Positions 19,665 to 28,419 are shown, counted from the stretch's first letter. The stretch: DNA of 50,412 bases from a virus (IMGVR_UViG_3300049203_000028:1-50412); one strand, 5' to 3'. Numbers and translations: made by a program. Notes: generated by a model from the sequence alone, not told the origin.

Positions 19665-19945
19665 ATTTGAATCTCCTTTGTGAATATGGCCCGTCCGCCG
19701 CCCCATACGGTGATTTGCGGGCCGTTGAATGTAACGTCGCCGGGCGGCAGAGTGCCGAGTTGTTGCACGAGGATGGACGCTATTTCCATTGCGCCGGCAA
19801 CCGTCGCGTAGTCGCTGTCTGTTTGGCACGCGGTCAAGGCTAGCGGGCCGTTACGGTGGATCGTATGCCACGCGCTGCGGGCGTTGTCGTCGCACACGTT
19901 CGTGCGATACCAGTCGAGCAGCGCGCGGGCGAGTGGCGTGGTCAT
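19661..19945 (-). CDS. hypothetical protein
   Basis: ATGA-coupled ORF in early operon. Confidence 0.65.
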   Translation of the reverse strand: MTTPLARALLDWYRTNVCDDNARSAWHTIHRNGPLALTACQTDSDYATVAGAMEIASILVQQLGTLPPGDVTFNGPQITVWGGGRAIFTKEIQI

Positions 19946-20157
19946 TTTATGTATTTCTCAACGTTGGACATCGCTTCGCCCCGCGTGGCGAACGATTCCC
20001 CCGTATCGCGGTCAACCCACTTGCCGCCAGATGCCGGACCAACACTGCCGATGATCATCATGTCGTGGCTGCGCTCCAAAAGCATCACGCGGCGCAGATG
20101 GGGGAGGGTAGAAGGCCGCCAGATGAAGCCCGGCGGCGCTTTGCGCGCCGTTGCCAT
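19942..20157 (-). CDS. hypothetical protein
   Basis: TAATG/ATGA-coupled ORF. Confidence 0.65.
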   Translation of the reverse strand: MATARKAPPGFIWRPSTLPHLRRVMLLERSHDMMIIGSVGPASGGKWVDRDTGESFATRGEAMSNVEKYIK

Positions 20158-20333
20158 TACAGCGCGACCAGGGAGTCGAGGGGGAGGAACATTTCTCCCG
20201 GAGCGGTCTCGGCGTGGTTGTTCGGGTTGACCGCTTTGACCTGGGCGCCCCGCTCACCGCCAACGGTGCGGAACCCGAGGATGACGAAGGTTCCGGCGCG
20301 CTTACCCTTGACGATCTGATTGACGTTGAACAT
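20157..20333 (-). CDS. hypothetical protein (58 aa, MFNVNQIVKGKRAG...)
   Basis: GGGAG RBS; first gene after the repeated early promoter; translated by hand. Confidence 0.7.
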   Translation of the reverse strand: MFNVNQIVKGKRAGTFVILGFRTVGGERGAQVKAVNPNNHAETAPGEMFLPLDSLVAL

Positions 20334-20343
20334 TTTGATTTCT

Positions 20344-20414
20344 CCCGTTTGCGCTTCGCACCGTGCGTCGCGTCCATGTAGAGAACTATACGCCGTTTAT
20401 TCGTATTGGTCAAC
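20344..20414 (-). promoter_or_regulatory. early promoter plus stem-loop leader, repeat copy 1
   Basis: TTGACC-17 bp-TATAGT (20385-20413); 66/71 identical to 23301-23371. Confidence 0.88.
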
Positions 20415-20456
20415 GATCTTTTGCAGATGGTTACGGATAGCTGCAGCGTTCGACGC

Positions 20457-20573
20457 TCATACGGACCTCCCAATCTCGACAGGCGGTGTCATGTCGTCCA
20501 GCCATCCGAAAGCCTGGGCCAGCAGAACCGCGACGACCAGGACGATATACATCGTGACGATACGGCGGGTCAT
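20457..20573 (-). CDS. small membrane protein (38 aa)
   Basis: AAGGAG RBS; IVTMYIVLVVAVLLAQAFGW. Confidence 0.6.
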   Translation of the reverse strand: MTRRIVTMYIVLVVAVLLAQAFGWLDDMTPPVEIGRSV

Positions 20574-20764
20574 ATCGTCTCCTTGGTGATGCGCTCGGCT
20601 TCGAAGCGGTATTCGGTTCCCCCACCGTGCCGGGTCGGGTAATAGCCTCGCAGGCAGACCTCTACGCCGCGCCGCTCCAGTTCCGCGGCAATGGGGTTGA
20701 TCTGCGCCATCAGCATACGGCCGGCGTCGGCGAGCTCCTTGTCGGATTGATCCTTGATGCTCAT
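20570..20764 (-). CDS. hypothetical protein
   Basis: ATGA-coupled ORF. Confidence 0.65.
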   Translation of the reverse strand: MSIKDQSDKELADAGRMLMAQINPIAAELERRGVEVCLRGYYPTRHGGGTEYRFEAERITKETI

Positions 20765-20973
20765 TTAACAGCACCCCCATAACGTACGCGACGGAACGCC
20801 ACGTTGACCGCGAACTCTCGCCGCAACTTCCCCTTCTTCCTGGGCAGAGGGTCGAGCGCTGGAAAGTAATCGTTGCTCTCGGTCGGCAAGCCTGTGCGGC
20901 AATGACCGCTTAGAGCCAGAAGGCGACGCCAACCGGCGTAATAGCCTTCGCGTTGATTGCGAGACTTGTTCAT
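20761..20973 (-). CDS. hypothetical basic protein
   Basis: AAGGAG RBS; ATGA-coupled. Confidence 0.6.
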   Translation of the reverse strand: MNKSRNQREGYYAGWRRLLALSGHCRTGLPTESNDYFPALDPLPRKKGKLRREFAVNVAFRRVRYGGAVK

Positions 20974-21155
20974 TGACGTTTCTCCTTGAGTTTGATGGTG
21001 AACAGTTCCCAGCACGCGGGGTCTATCTGGCTTTCGTCGTTCTCCCATTTCTGCCACGTGCGCAGGTTGCGATGGACCATTTCGGCCGCCTGGGTTTGCG
21101 TCAGTCCGGCGTTGTTGCGCGTGCGGGCGATCTGCTGCGGGGTTGGGGTCTTCAT
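20970..21155 (-). CDS. XRE/Cro-like HTH protein
   Basis: RNNAGLTQTQAAEMVHRNLRTWQKWE; GGAG RBS. Confidence 0.85.
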   Translation of the reverse strand: MKTPTPQQIARTRNNAGLTQTQAAEMVHRNLRTWQKWENDESQIDPACWELFTIKLKEKRQ

Positions 21156-21325
21156 AGTCCGCTCCGAGGTTGACCGACTCGCATTGCGCCACATTCGCAA
21201 GTGTAGATTCCGCGACGGCTCAAGGTCTGCGTGCGGCCGCGAGGGGTCGTCTTTATCGATACGTCCGTGACATCGCGTTGCCACGTGTACGTGTGTTTCG
21301 GGCCGAGCGGGCAGCGGGCTTTCAT
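21152..21325 (-). CDS. small Zn-ribbon-like hypothetical protein
   Basis: CPLGPKH...YTCECGA; ATGA-coupled. Confidence 0.6.
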   Translation of the reverse strand: MKARCPLGPKHTYTWQRDVTDVSIKTTPRGRTQTLSRRGIYTCECGAMRVGQPRSGL

Positions 21326-21807
21326 TTCAGCACCCCGGCGTTGCGCGCACGGTTGATCAGGTCCAGGCCGCGCGACAAACTCTTCGGGTGATCGGTGCTG
21401 CCTGGGGCGGACGAACCTGTCAAATCCCGCACCGCGTCGAGCAATTCTTCGTACGTGGGCGGATTGGGTGGGGACAGCTTGTTGACGATCTCTTGTGCAG
21501 CGTTGCGCGCCGTGATAGTCGGAGGCTCGCCTTTGATCCAGTTGCGGGCGATCAGGATCAGGCTTTCCAGTTCGTATGCAGATACGCGGGGCTCGACGTC
21601 GACAAGGGTGTCGGGACGTGCCTTGATCGCTTGGGGTTGCGTATCGAAACTCCACGGTTGATCCATGCGCAACCCTAAAGCGACGGTATGGAATACGTAC
21701 TCGACACCCTCAACGGGCGCAATCATCAGCACGACGCGGACGGGTTCGCCTGGGGCGGTTGCCGGCAGAATGTCGCCGGGCTGCAGGTCTTTGATTGCTT
21801 TCTTCAT
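21322..21807 (-). CDS. hypothetical protein (paralog of 21804-22322)
   Basis: LQPGDIL...PPNPPTYEELL...RARNAG. Confidence 0.75.
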   Translation of the reverse strand: MKKAIKDLQPGDILPATAPGEPVRVVLMIAPVEGVEYVFHTVALGLRMDQPWSFDTQPQAIKARPDTLVDVEPRVSAYELESLILIARNWIKGEPPTITARNAAQEIVNKLSPPNPPTYEELLDAVRDLTGSSAPGSTDHPKSLSRGLDLINRARNAGVLK

Positions 21808-22322
21808 TTGATCATCCCCGCTTTGCGTGCGCGCGTGAGCAGGGCACCGAGATTCTTTTCGGATTCGTCGCATGCGGACTTATCGTCTAGGTCGAGTCGG
21901 TCGACATTGATATTCGCCCATTTGGCGGCATCCTTCAACGCTGTGAGCAGTTCTTCAATCGTGGGCGGATTGGGCGGGTCGATCTCGTCCAGCAGATCGC
22001 GGGCATTGCCAACCCATGTTGGCAGTTTTGCGCCTGCAGGGGCGTACGCCATTTGTGATTTGACTCCGTCGCGCAGCACTTCGACGAGCAGGTCGGCGCG
22101 TTCCTGTGCGGGGGTGAGGTCAAGCGCCTCGACGTTGAACTCGCGGTCGTTAACGAGGGTCGCGGACTCGACCTCCGTGTGATGCAGGTTGATCCCTGCA
22201 AACGTGACCCTGACGCCATTGCCGATATCCCGAGCCTTCAGAATTACGTTGCGACGATTTGTGCCCTCGACCGCGAGGATGTCGCCGGGCTTGAGTTCGT
22301 CGGCGCGTTTGGTGATGATCAT
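21804..22322 (-). CDS. hypothetical protein (paralog of 21322-21807)
   Basis: AAGGAG RBS; LKPGDIL...PPNPPTIEELL...RARKAG. Confidence 0.75.
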   Translation of the reverse strand: MIITKRADELKPGDILAVEGTNRRNVILKARDIGNGVRVTFAGINLHHTEVESATLVNDREFNVEALDLTPAQERADLLVEVLRDGVKSQMAYAPAGAKLPTWVGNARDLLDEIDPPNPPTIEELLTALKDAAKWANINVDRLDLDDKSACDESEKNLGALLTRARKAGMIK

Positions 22323-22338
22323 TTCTTGTGCTCCTTGG

Positions 22339-22425
22339 TTAGATGCCGAGACCCCATGCAACTAGCAGTCCCAGCGTTACGAGTCCGGCGACCGTGGCGA
22401 GGTCGACGGCAATTTCATCGTCCAT
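22339..22425 (-). CDS. micro membrane peptide (28 aa)
   Basis: MDDEIAVDLATVAGLVTLGLLVAWGLGI; fills the gap in the operon. Confidence 0.4.
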   Translation of the reverse strand: MDDEIAVDLATVAGLVTLGLLVAWGLGI

Positions 22426-22621
22426 CCTTGCACCCCATGTGCGAGTGGCCGTCTGCGGCGATGCGCGGCGTCAGGCTTTTCGTTTCCCCCGTGCTCAGGT
22501 AGTTGCAGCCGGTGACGCGGTCAACGTAGAGCACGGGGTCGATGAAGTCAGGGTTGACATCTCCCGTGCGGGGGCTGCAGGCGGACAGCAGGACTGCGAG
22601 AGTGATGGCGAGATACTTCAT
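22415..22621 (-). CDS. small lipoprotein
   Basis: GGGAG RBS; signal peptide II MKYLAITLAVLLSAC; YVDRVTGCNYL. Confidence 0.8.
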   Translation of the reverse strand: MKYLAITLAVLLSACSPRTGDVNPDFIDPVLYVDRVTGCNYLSTGETKSLTPRIAADGHSHMGCKDGR

Positions 22622-22830
22622 TTTTCGGTCTCCCATGCTGCGTCGATCAGGCGTTGCGCCAGCTTGCGCGCCTCGTCGGGCGTCATGCCGATTGCGATAC
22701 CGTCAGCGGCGTTGGATGCTTTGAAGCGGACCTTGATGCCGAGCGCGTGACCGCCGCCGATCGTGATGATCGGTTCGTCGACCTCGATTTGCTTCGCGCT
22801 GGTCATGTTGAACTGTCGTTCGATACGCAT
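22618..22830 (-). CDS. hypothetical protein
   Basis: GGAG RBS; C-terminal MTPDEARKLAQRLIDAA, common in small phage proteins. Confidence 0.7.
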   Translation of the reverse strand: MRIERQFNMTSAKQIEVDEPIITIGGGHALGIKVRFKASNAADGIAIGMTPDEARKLAQRLIDAAWETEK

Positions 22831-22851
22831 GGTTGATGTCTCCAGGTGGGG

Positions 22852-23058
22852 TTAAGCGGCAGGTTTGCGAATCAAGAATTCCAGCAGGGCTAGTGCGTTG
22901 GCTGTACATTCCGCCTTTGTTTCACCGCACACGGGGCTGCTGAACGCGGTGACACCTAAGTTGGGGTGATCCATCGACTGCCGTGTGTACACCTCTCGCC
23001 CTTCGGAATCTAAAAGCCGCCAGGGGTGGCGGCTGTAGTTTAGCTTTTCGATTTTCAT
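22852..23058 (-). CDS. hypothetical protein
   Basis: ATGA overlap; MKIEKLNYSRHPWRL... Confidence 0.65.
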   Translation of the reverse strand: MKIEKLNYSRHPWRLLDSEGREVYTRQSMDHPNLGVTAFSSPVCGETKAECTANALALLEFLIRKPAA

Positions 23059-23291
23059 TGGAAGTACATCGAATTGTGGAAACGGAACGTCGCTTCGTCG
23101 TCGCCCGTCAGGGTCAGTACTTCGTAGCTGCCGTCGCAGGCGTTCAGGCAAACGATGGTGTCGTCCGGGTAGACGTAGAACGACTGGCGGACGGTCAGGC
23201 CGCGCACTTCGCTGTAGAAGTGGCACTTTGCCGACTCGACTTCAACCAAGCAGCCGGTTTCGATATCAGCGAAGAGTTGCGAAGCGTTCAT
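23055..23291 (-). CDS. hypothetical protein
   Basis: GGGGGA RBS; first gene after the repeated early promoter. Confidence 0.7.
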   Translation of the reverse strand: MNASQLFADIETGCLVEVESAKCHFYSEVRGLTVRQSFYVYPDDTIVCLNACDGSYEVLTLTGDDEATFRFHNSMYFQ

Positions 23292-23300
23292 TTTTGTTCC

Positions 23301-23371
23301 CCCGTTTGCGCTTCGCACATTGCGTCGCGTCCATGTGTTGAACTATACGCCGTTTATTCGTATTGGTCAAC
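23301..23371 (-). promoter_or_regulatory. early promoter plus stem-loop leader, repeat copy 2
   Basis: TTGACC-17 bp-TATAGT (23342-23370). Confidence 0.88.
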
Positions 23372-23383
23372 AACAAAAAGCGG

Positions 23384-23587
23384 TCATTCGGCAGGTTCGT
23401 ACGATGGGCAGTTCTCGCCCATGTCAGGCCAGATGCCTACGCGGGACCAGTACGGCCGGATGATGCATGCCGGTAGCGGTGGCGGGACGAAGTCGACCTT
23501 GCATTTACCGTGGCGGGTGCGCTTGATGCGGCCGGTCGGCGTGCGCGGGAACTCGGCGTATTTACAGGTTTTGCAGGATTGGCTCAT
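23384..23587 (-). CDS. small Cys-rich hypothetical protein
   Basis: CKTCKY...GKC...CPSY; ATGA overlap. Confidence 0.65.
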   Translation of the reverse strand: MSQSCKTCKYAEFPRTPTGRIKRTRHGKCKVDFVPPPLPACIIRPYWSRVGIWPDMGENCPSYEPAE

Positions 23588-23847
23588 TTGCGGCCCCGTT
23601 CCTCGTCGCAGACTTCCATGGCGAAGCGGACAGCCATCGCCGCGACCTGGATCGCCTCTTTGCGCATTGCTGCCAGATCGCGGTTTTTCTGTTTGGTCCA
23701 CACGTGGGCTTTCAGTTCGTCGACTTCTTCCAGCAGGACGGCGAACCCCTCGTGTGCGCTGTTGAACGCCGGCCAGTTCTCGCGGGCTAGACTGATTTCC
23801 TTGTAGACATCGTGCAAAGTCTTGTTTGTGGCATTCGGTTTGAACAT
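23584..23847 (-). CDS. MazG-like all-alpha NTP pyrophosphohydrolase-fold protein
   Basis: AAGGAG RBS; LLEEVDEL...RKEAIQVAAMA. Confidence 0.6.
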   Translation of the reverse strand: MFKPNATNKTLHDVYKEISLARENWPAFNSAHEGFAVLLEEVDELKAHVWTKQKNRDLAAMRKEAIQVAAMAVRFAMEVCDEERGRK

Positions 23848-23860
23848 TGCAATTTCTCCT

Positions 23861-24403
23861 TTAGATGGGCGTGACGATCAGTCGTTTGTTGGTGAGGACT
23901 TCTTCTACTTTGGACAACAGGTATTTGTGCCCGTTGTGGTTCAGGTACATCGTGCCGGTTTCCCGGTCCTGCTCGATGACGTTGTAAAGCTCAAGGTGCG
24001 CGAAGTTGAATTCCGGCGTTCCGTACTTCGTGATGCGCACGAGGTCCAACTTGTTGAGTGCTTTGGGTGATGGCACCTGATCATGAAAAGTCTCAACGAT
24101 GGACTGAAGTTGGACGTACACGTGGTCGCCGCCGTACTGCAGCGCTTCGCAAAATTTCTGGACAAGCGGTCGATGTTCGTCACGCACGAGGAAAGTTCGT
24201 TCGTGGAAGTTGTTCACCATCGCGTTGATGAACTTGCGGCGACCGACCTGGACTTCCTGCCGGCGTGCTTCCTGGTCTTCCATCAGGCAGGCAATGCAAC
24301 TGCCGTTGCTGACGTAGCGGTCGGAGTTGTGGCCGCGTCGACATGGCTTTCCGGTGTTGAAGACCTTCAAACCGGCAGCGGCGGCGTCTGTGCGATTTTG
24401 CAT
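23861..24403 (-). CDS. hypothetical protein with N-terminal C-H-C-C Zn-binding motif
   Basis: TGKPCRRGHNSDRYVSNGSCIAC. Confidence 0.75.
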   Translation of the reverse strand: MQNRTDAAAAGLKVFNTGKPCRRGHNSDRYVSNGSCIACLMEDQEARRQEVQVGRRKFINAMVNNFHERTFLVRDEHRPLVQKFCEALQYGGDHVYVQLQSIVETFHDQVPSPKALNKLDLVRITKYGTPEFNFAHLELYNVIEQDRETGTMYLNHNGHKYLLSKVEEVLTNKRLIVTPI

Positions 24404-24418
24404 TTTTGGGATTTCCTG

Positions 24419-24543
24419 CTGTTTGTGTGTATTGTACTGTGATTACATCTTAATTTTCTAAGTCTCTCACATTACAATACACACAATCAAGGGTTTTAGA
24501 GAAAACACCAAAACTAAAATCCAATCACAATACACACAAACAG
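24419..24543. repeat. AT-rich intergenic region with 17-bp inverted repeat and a third partial copy
   Basis: CTGTTTGTGTGTATTGT (24419-24435) is the reverse complement of 24527-24543; ACAATACACACAA also at 24474-24486. Confidence 0.9.
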
Positions 24544-24600
24544 GCGTTTCTGGCGTTTGGTGTAAAATTGACGGACCACAACTGACGAACGCGTGACGAT

Positions 24601-25302
24601 ATGAGCAATGACGAACCAACACTGAACGATTGGCTGTTCATCGGTGAGTACGTAAAAGATTGGAAGCCATCGGCGGCGATGCGGCGGGCTGGGTTCTATC
24701 ATGGTGACTTCGCGGGACAGGAAGCGTACCGCCGTCTAAAGAAGCCAGCCGTCAAACGAGAGATCGAAAAAATCAGGGAAGCGGCGAAGCAAAAAGTACA
24801 ATTATCAAATTCAATCATAGTAGACGACATCCTCAACGTGCTGACGGCGGACCCCCGCGACCTCATCGAGATCGTGACCGAATCGTGCCGTTACTGCCAT
24901 GGTGAAGGCCATCGCTACCAGTTCACGCTGAATGAATGGACGCGATTGCAGACCGCCCATCGATGGGAGAACAAACCGGAACCCGACATCCTGGGCGGCC
25001 TGGGCTTCAATCCCAACCGCGATCCACATCCAGGTTGCCCAGAGTGCTTCGGCAACGGCGTGGTCGTCGAGAAGTTGAAGGACGTGCGCGACCTGTCGCC
25101 GGCCGCCGCTGCTCTATATATAGGGGCCGAGCGCACGAAGCACGGCATCAAGATCAACATGCGCAGCAAGGACGCCGCGAGGGAAGCTGCAGCCCGCATC
25201 CTGGGCATGAACAAAGAAACGCACATCCTGAAGGACGGCGGCAAATCGCTGGCCGACATGACGGACGAACAGTTGGAAGCATTGGCGAGGGGTGAGGGGT
25301 GA
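24601..25302 (+). CDS. terS: terminase small subunit with Zn-binding insertion
   Basis: FIGEYVKD...AAMRRAG...RLKKPAVK N-terminus; CRYCHG...CPECFG; directly upstream of terL. Confidence 0.85.
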   Translation: MSNDEPTLNDWLFIGEYVKDWKPSAAMRRAGFYHGDFAGQEAYRRLKKPAVKREIEKIREAAKQKVQLSNSIIVDDILNVLTADPRDLIEIVTESCRYCHGEGHRYQFTLNEWTRLQTAHRWENKPEPDILGGLGFNPNRDPHPGCPECFGNGVVVEKLKDVRDLSPAAAALYIGAERTKHGIKINMRSKDAAREAAARILGMNKETHILKDGGKSLADMTDEQLEALARGEG

Positions 25303-26801
25303 GCATCTTCCAGCGTCAGGCCGCCGCCGAACTGTTGCGCCGTCGTCGCGCCCGTGTCGACCCGATCCATTACGCCGAGTACATCGACGTCCCTGGGCGG
25401 CCGGTCGAAGAGGAGGCGGAGGAAGGCGAGGTCGTCATTGACGCGCCGGAAACGCTGCTCGCGGCGCATCACAAAATGATTTTGCGCGAGGTCGAAGAGT
25501 GCTTCTTGAAGGACACGGGGCGCTTGATGATCTTCATGCCCCCTGGATCGGCCAAGTCGACGTATGGATCGGTCGTCGCGCCGTCGTACCTCATGGGCAA
25601 GTACAAGAAGACGCGCATTGGCCTCGCCAGCTACGCAGATTCCCTGGCGCTCAAGATGGGCCGCCGCACGCGCTCGATCATCAACCAGAAGCGCTACAAA
25701 CAGACGTTCGATTGCGAACTGTCCAATGAGTCGGCCGCCGCGAACAATTTCAAGCTGACGAACGACAGCGAATACATGGCGACCGGCATCCTGGGCGCGT
25801 TCACCGGCAATCGCTTCGAAATGTTGATGATTGACGATCCGGTCAAGGGCCGCGAACAGGCCGACTCCGAGACGATCCGCAATAAGACGTGGGATGCGTT
25901 TCACGATGATCTGTTGACGCGCCTCGTACCGGGTGGGTCCATAGTTGTCATAATGACAAGATGGCACGAAGACGACCTCGCCGGCCGCATCCTGCCGGAA
26001 GACTGGAACGGGGAGTCGGGCGACATCCAAGGGCGCGACGGTAATACGTGGCGCGTCCTGTGTCTCCAGGCGGAATGTGACAGCGAAACGGACCCGCTCG
26101 GCCGCGCGAAAGGTGAGATGCTGTGGAAAGAGTGGTTCACGGAGAAGCACTGGGCGCAGTTCCGGGGCGAGGCTCGCACCTGGGGCGCACTCTTCCAGCA
26201 GATACCGAAGCCGAAAGACGGCCTGATGTTCAAGCCGGACAAGATCGAGATTGTCGACACGCTGCCGGCCGGGCGCATCACCTGGGTTCGCGGGTGGGAC
26301 TTGGCAGCAACGGAAGGCGGCGGCGCGTACACGGTGGGCGGCCTGCTGGGCATCCATCAACCGACGCAACGCCCGATCATTGCGGACATTGCGCGGTTCC
26401 AGAAGGCGCCGGGCTCGCGGGACGACTCGATACGCAACGTCGCGGTGATGGACGGCCGCACGGTCAAACAGGACATCCCTGACGATCCAGGCGCAGGCGG
26501 CACGGCGCAGACGGAATACCTCGTCAAGAAGCTGAAGGGATGCCCCGTCGTGTTCGGCCCCGAATCGGGCGACAAGGAAACGCGTGCCATCCCGCTCGCG
26601 TCGGAAGTCAACATCGGCAACGTGATGATGCTGCGCGGTGACTGGAATCGGCCGCTGCTGGAAGAGATGCGCGCGTTTCCGAACGGGACGTACAAAGACC
26701 AAGTCGACGCCCTGTCGCGGGCCTATTCTCGCCTCGTTCCCCTTCCCGGTAGAATGCAGATCAATAAAACCCTCCTCAACAAAGTCAAGGCGCGATCATG
26801 A
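25299..26801 (+). CDS. terL: terminase large subunit
   Basis: MPPGSAKST, MIDDPVK, MTRWHEDD, RGWDLA and DQVDA motifs. Confidence 0.95.
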   Translation: MSIFQRQAAAELLRRRRARVDPIHYAEYIDVPGRPVEEEAEEGEVVIDAPETLLAAHHKMILREVEECFLKDTGRLMIFMPPGSAKSTYGSVVAPSYLMGKYKKTRIGLASYADSLALKMGRRTRSIINQKRYKQTFDCELSNESAAANNFKLTNDSEYMATGILGAFTGNRFEMLMIDDPVKGREQADSETIRNKTWDAFHDDLLTRLVPGGSIVVIMTRWHEDDLAGRILPEDWNGESGDIQGRDGNTWRVLCLQAECDSETDPLGRAKGEMLWKEWFTEKHWAQFRGEARTWGALFQQIPKPKDGLMFKPDKIEIVDTLPAGRITWVRGWDLAATEGGGAYTVGGLLGIHQPTQRPIIADIARFQKAPGSRDDSIRNVAVMDGRTVKQDIPDDPGAGGTAQTEYLVKKLKGCPVVFGPESGDKETRAIPLASEVNIGNVMMLRGDWNRPLLEEMRAFPNGTYKDQVDALSRAYSRLVPLPGRMQINKTLLNKVKARS

Positions 26802-26998
26802 CCATCCACGCATACACCGAAACGACCGACTACCGGAACTATCCGGCATACATCAACGTCAGCGAGAACCGCTTCGTGCCGGGTCAAGTGCTCGTCAGCG
26901 TTCGGAACCGCGAGTTCACGACCCCGAGCGTTATCGGCCTGGATCACGAGCAACTGCAGGCGCTGGCCGACGCGCTCAACGCATACCTGAAGGGCTGA
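26798..26998 (+). CDS. hypothetical protein
   Basis: ATGA overlap; fills the gap between terL and portal. Confidence 0.6.
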   Translation: MTIHAYTETTDYRNYPAYINVSENRFVPGQVLVSVRNREFTTPSVIGLDHEQLQALADALNAYLKG

Positions 26999-27000
26999 TC

Positions 27001-28419
27001 ATGAAATTCCACATTGGCGAGCGTATGCGCGCCTGGGCGCGAGGGCTGAAAGAGTCGGACGTCGGCGCGGCGCAACCGCAGTTCGGGCCGCCGGCCATGC
27101 TGCCGGGCGTGATCCCCGATGGCGTCAAACTCGCGATGGACAACGAGATGCAGGGCGTCTACGGCTACGCGAACGCGATGTACGGTTGTCAGCAGACGTT
27201 CCCCGGATACCCCGTGCTCGCACAACTGACGCAGGTTGCGGAATACCGGATGTTGTCGGAGAAGACCGCGCAGGCGATGACCCGCAAATGGATCAAGGTG
27301 CATTCAAAGGGCGACGACGACAAGTCCGAACGTATCTCGCAAATCGAAGACGCGCTCACGCGGTTTAAGGTGCGGGAACTGTTCACCGAGGCGGCCATTC
27401 ACGACGGGTTCTTCGGTCGCGCGCAACTGTTCGTCGACCTGGGCGAGCAAGACGGCGACGGGCTGGCAATCCCGCTGTTCGAAGACTCGACGATCATGAA
27501 AGGCAAGCTGCGCAAATTCAAGTTGGTCGAAGCGATGTTCACCTATCCGAACTCGTACAGCGCGTCGAACCCGCTGCGTGACGACTACTTTAACCCGTCG
27601 TCGTGGTTCGTGATGGGGCAGAAGGTGCATTCGACCCGGCTGTTGACGTTCGTCGGCCGCCCGCTGCCGGACATCCTCAAACCGGCGTACAACTTCGGCG
27701 GCATGAGCATGTCGCAACTGGCAATGCCGTACGTGAACAACTGGCTCAAGACCCGCGAAAGCGTCAACCGTCTGATCTCCAACTATTCGACGTCGGGCGT
27801 CTCGACGAATATGAATAACGTCCTGATGGGTGACAGCGGCGACGATCTGATGGCCCGCGCGCAGTTGTTCGCCGAGATGCGCGACAACCAAGGGCTGATG
27901 TTGCTCGACAAGGACACGGAAGAGTTCTTCCAGTTCAACACGCCGTTGTCCACGCTCGACCAACTCCAGGCGCAGGCACAAGAGCATATGGCGTCCGTCG
28001 CGTCGATGCCGCTGCCGATCCTGTTGGGCATCACGCCGTCCGGCCTGAATGCCAGCGCCGAGGGCGATATTGAAATCTTCTACGACCATGTGCGCGACAT
28101 GCAAGAGCGTCTGTTTCGCGACAATCTGACGAAGGTCGTCAAGTTGATCCAACTATCCGAGTTCGGCGACGTCGACGACGACATCGTGTTCGACTTCGTG
28201 TCGCTCTGGCAGCAGACCGAATCGGAACTCGCAGCGAACCGCAAGAGCGACGCCGAAGCGGCTGCGGTCCTCGTCGAGATCGGCGCGGTGACACCGGAAG
28301 AGGTTCGCCAGAAGTTGGCCGACGACGAGTACAGCGGATTCAACGGCCTGGACATGGGTGTCAAGATCACGCCGCCGGCTGAAGAGGAAGCCGACCCGCT
28401 GCCGGGGGATGACGAATGA
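27001..28419 (+). CDS. portal protein (DUF1073-like)
   Basis: FPGYPVLAQL, VHSTRLL, YNFGGMS, LLGITPSGLNAS; position after terL. Confidence 0.9.
   Translation: MKFHIGERMRAWARGLKESDVGAAQPQFGPPAMLPGVIPDGVKLAMDNEMQGVYGYANAMYGCQQTFPGYPVLAQLTQVAEYRMLSEKTAQAMTRKWIKVHSKGDDDKSERISQIEDALTRFKVRELFTEAAIHDGFFGRAQLFVDLGEQDGDGLAIPLFEDSTIMKGKLRKFKLVEAMFTYPNSYSASNPLRDDYFNPSSWFVMGQKVHSTRLLTFVGRPLPDILKPAYNFGGMSMSQLAMPYVNNWLKTRESVNRLISNYSTSGVSTNMNNVLMGDSGDDLMARAQLFAEMRDNQGLMLLDKDTEEFFQFNTPLSTLDQLQAQAQEHMASVASMPLPILLGITPSGLNASAEGDIEIFYDHVRDMQERLFRDNLTKVVKLIQLSEFGDVDDDIVFDFVSLWQQTESELAANRKSDAEAAAVLVEIGAVTPEEVRQKLADDEYSGFNGLDMGVKITPPAEEEADPLPGDDE

Noticed and set aside
20970-21155. XRE HTH protein as a CI repressor of a lysogeny switch
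   Set aside because: Only 61 aa, no peptidase domain, embedded in an early operon with no divergent cro or integrase
27001-28419. DUF1073 protein as an anti-CBASS Acb1-type factor (a label sometimes attached to this family)
   Set aside because: Size and position between terL and the minor head gene identify it as the portal
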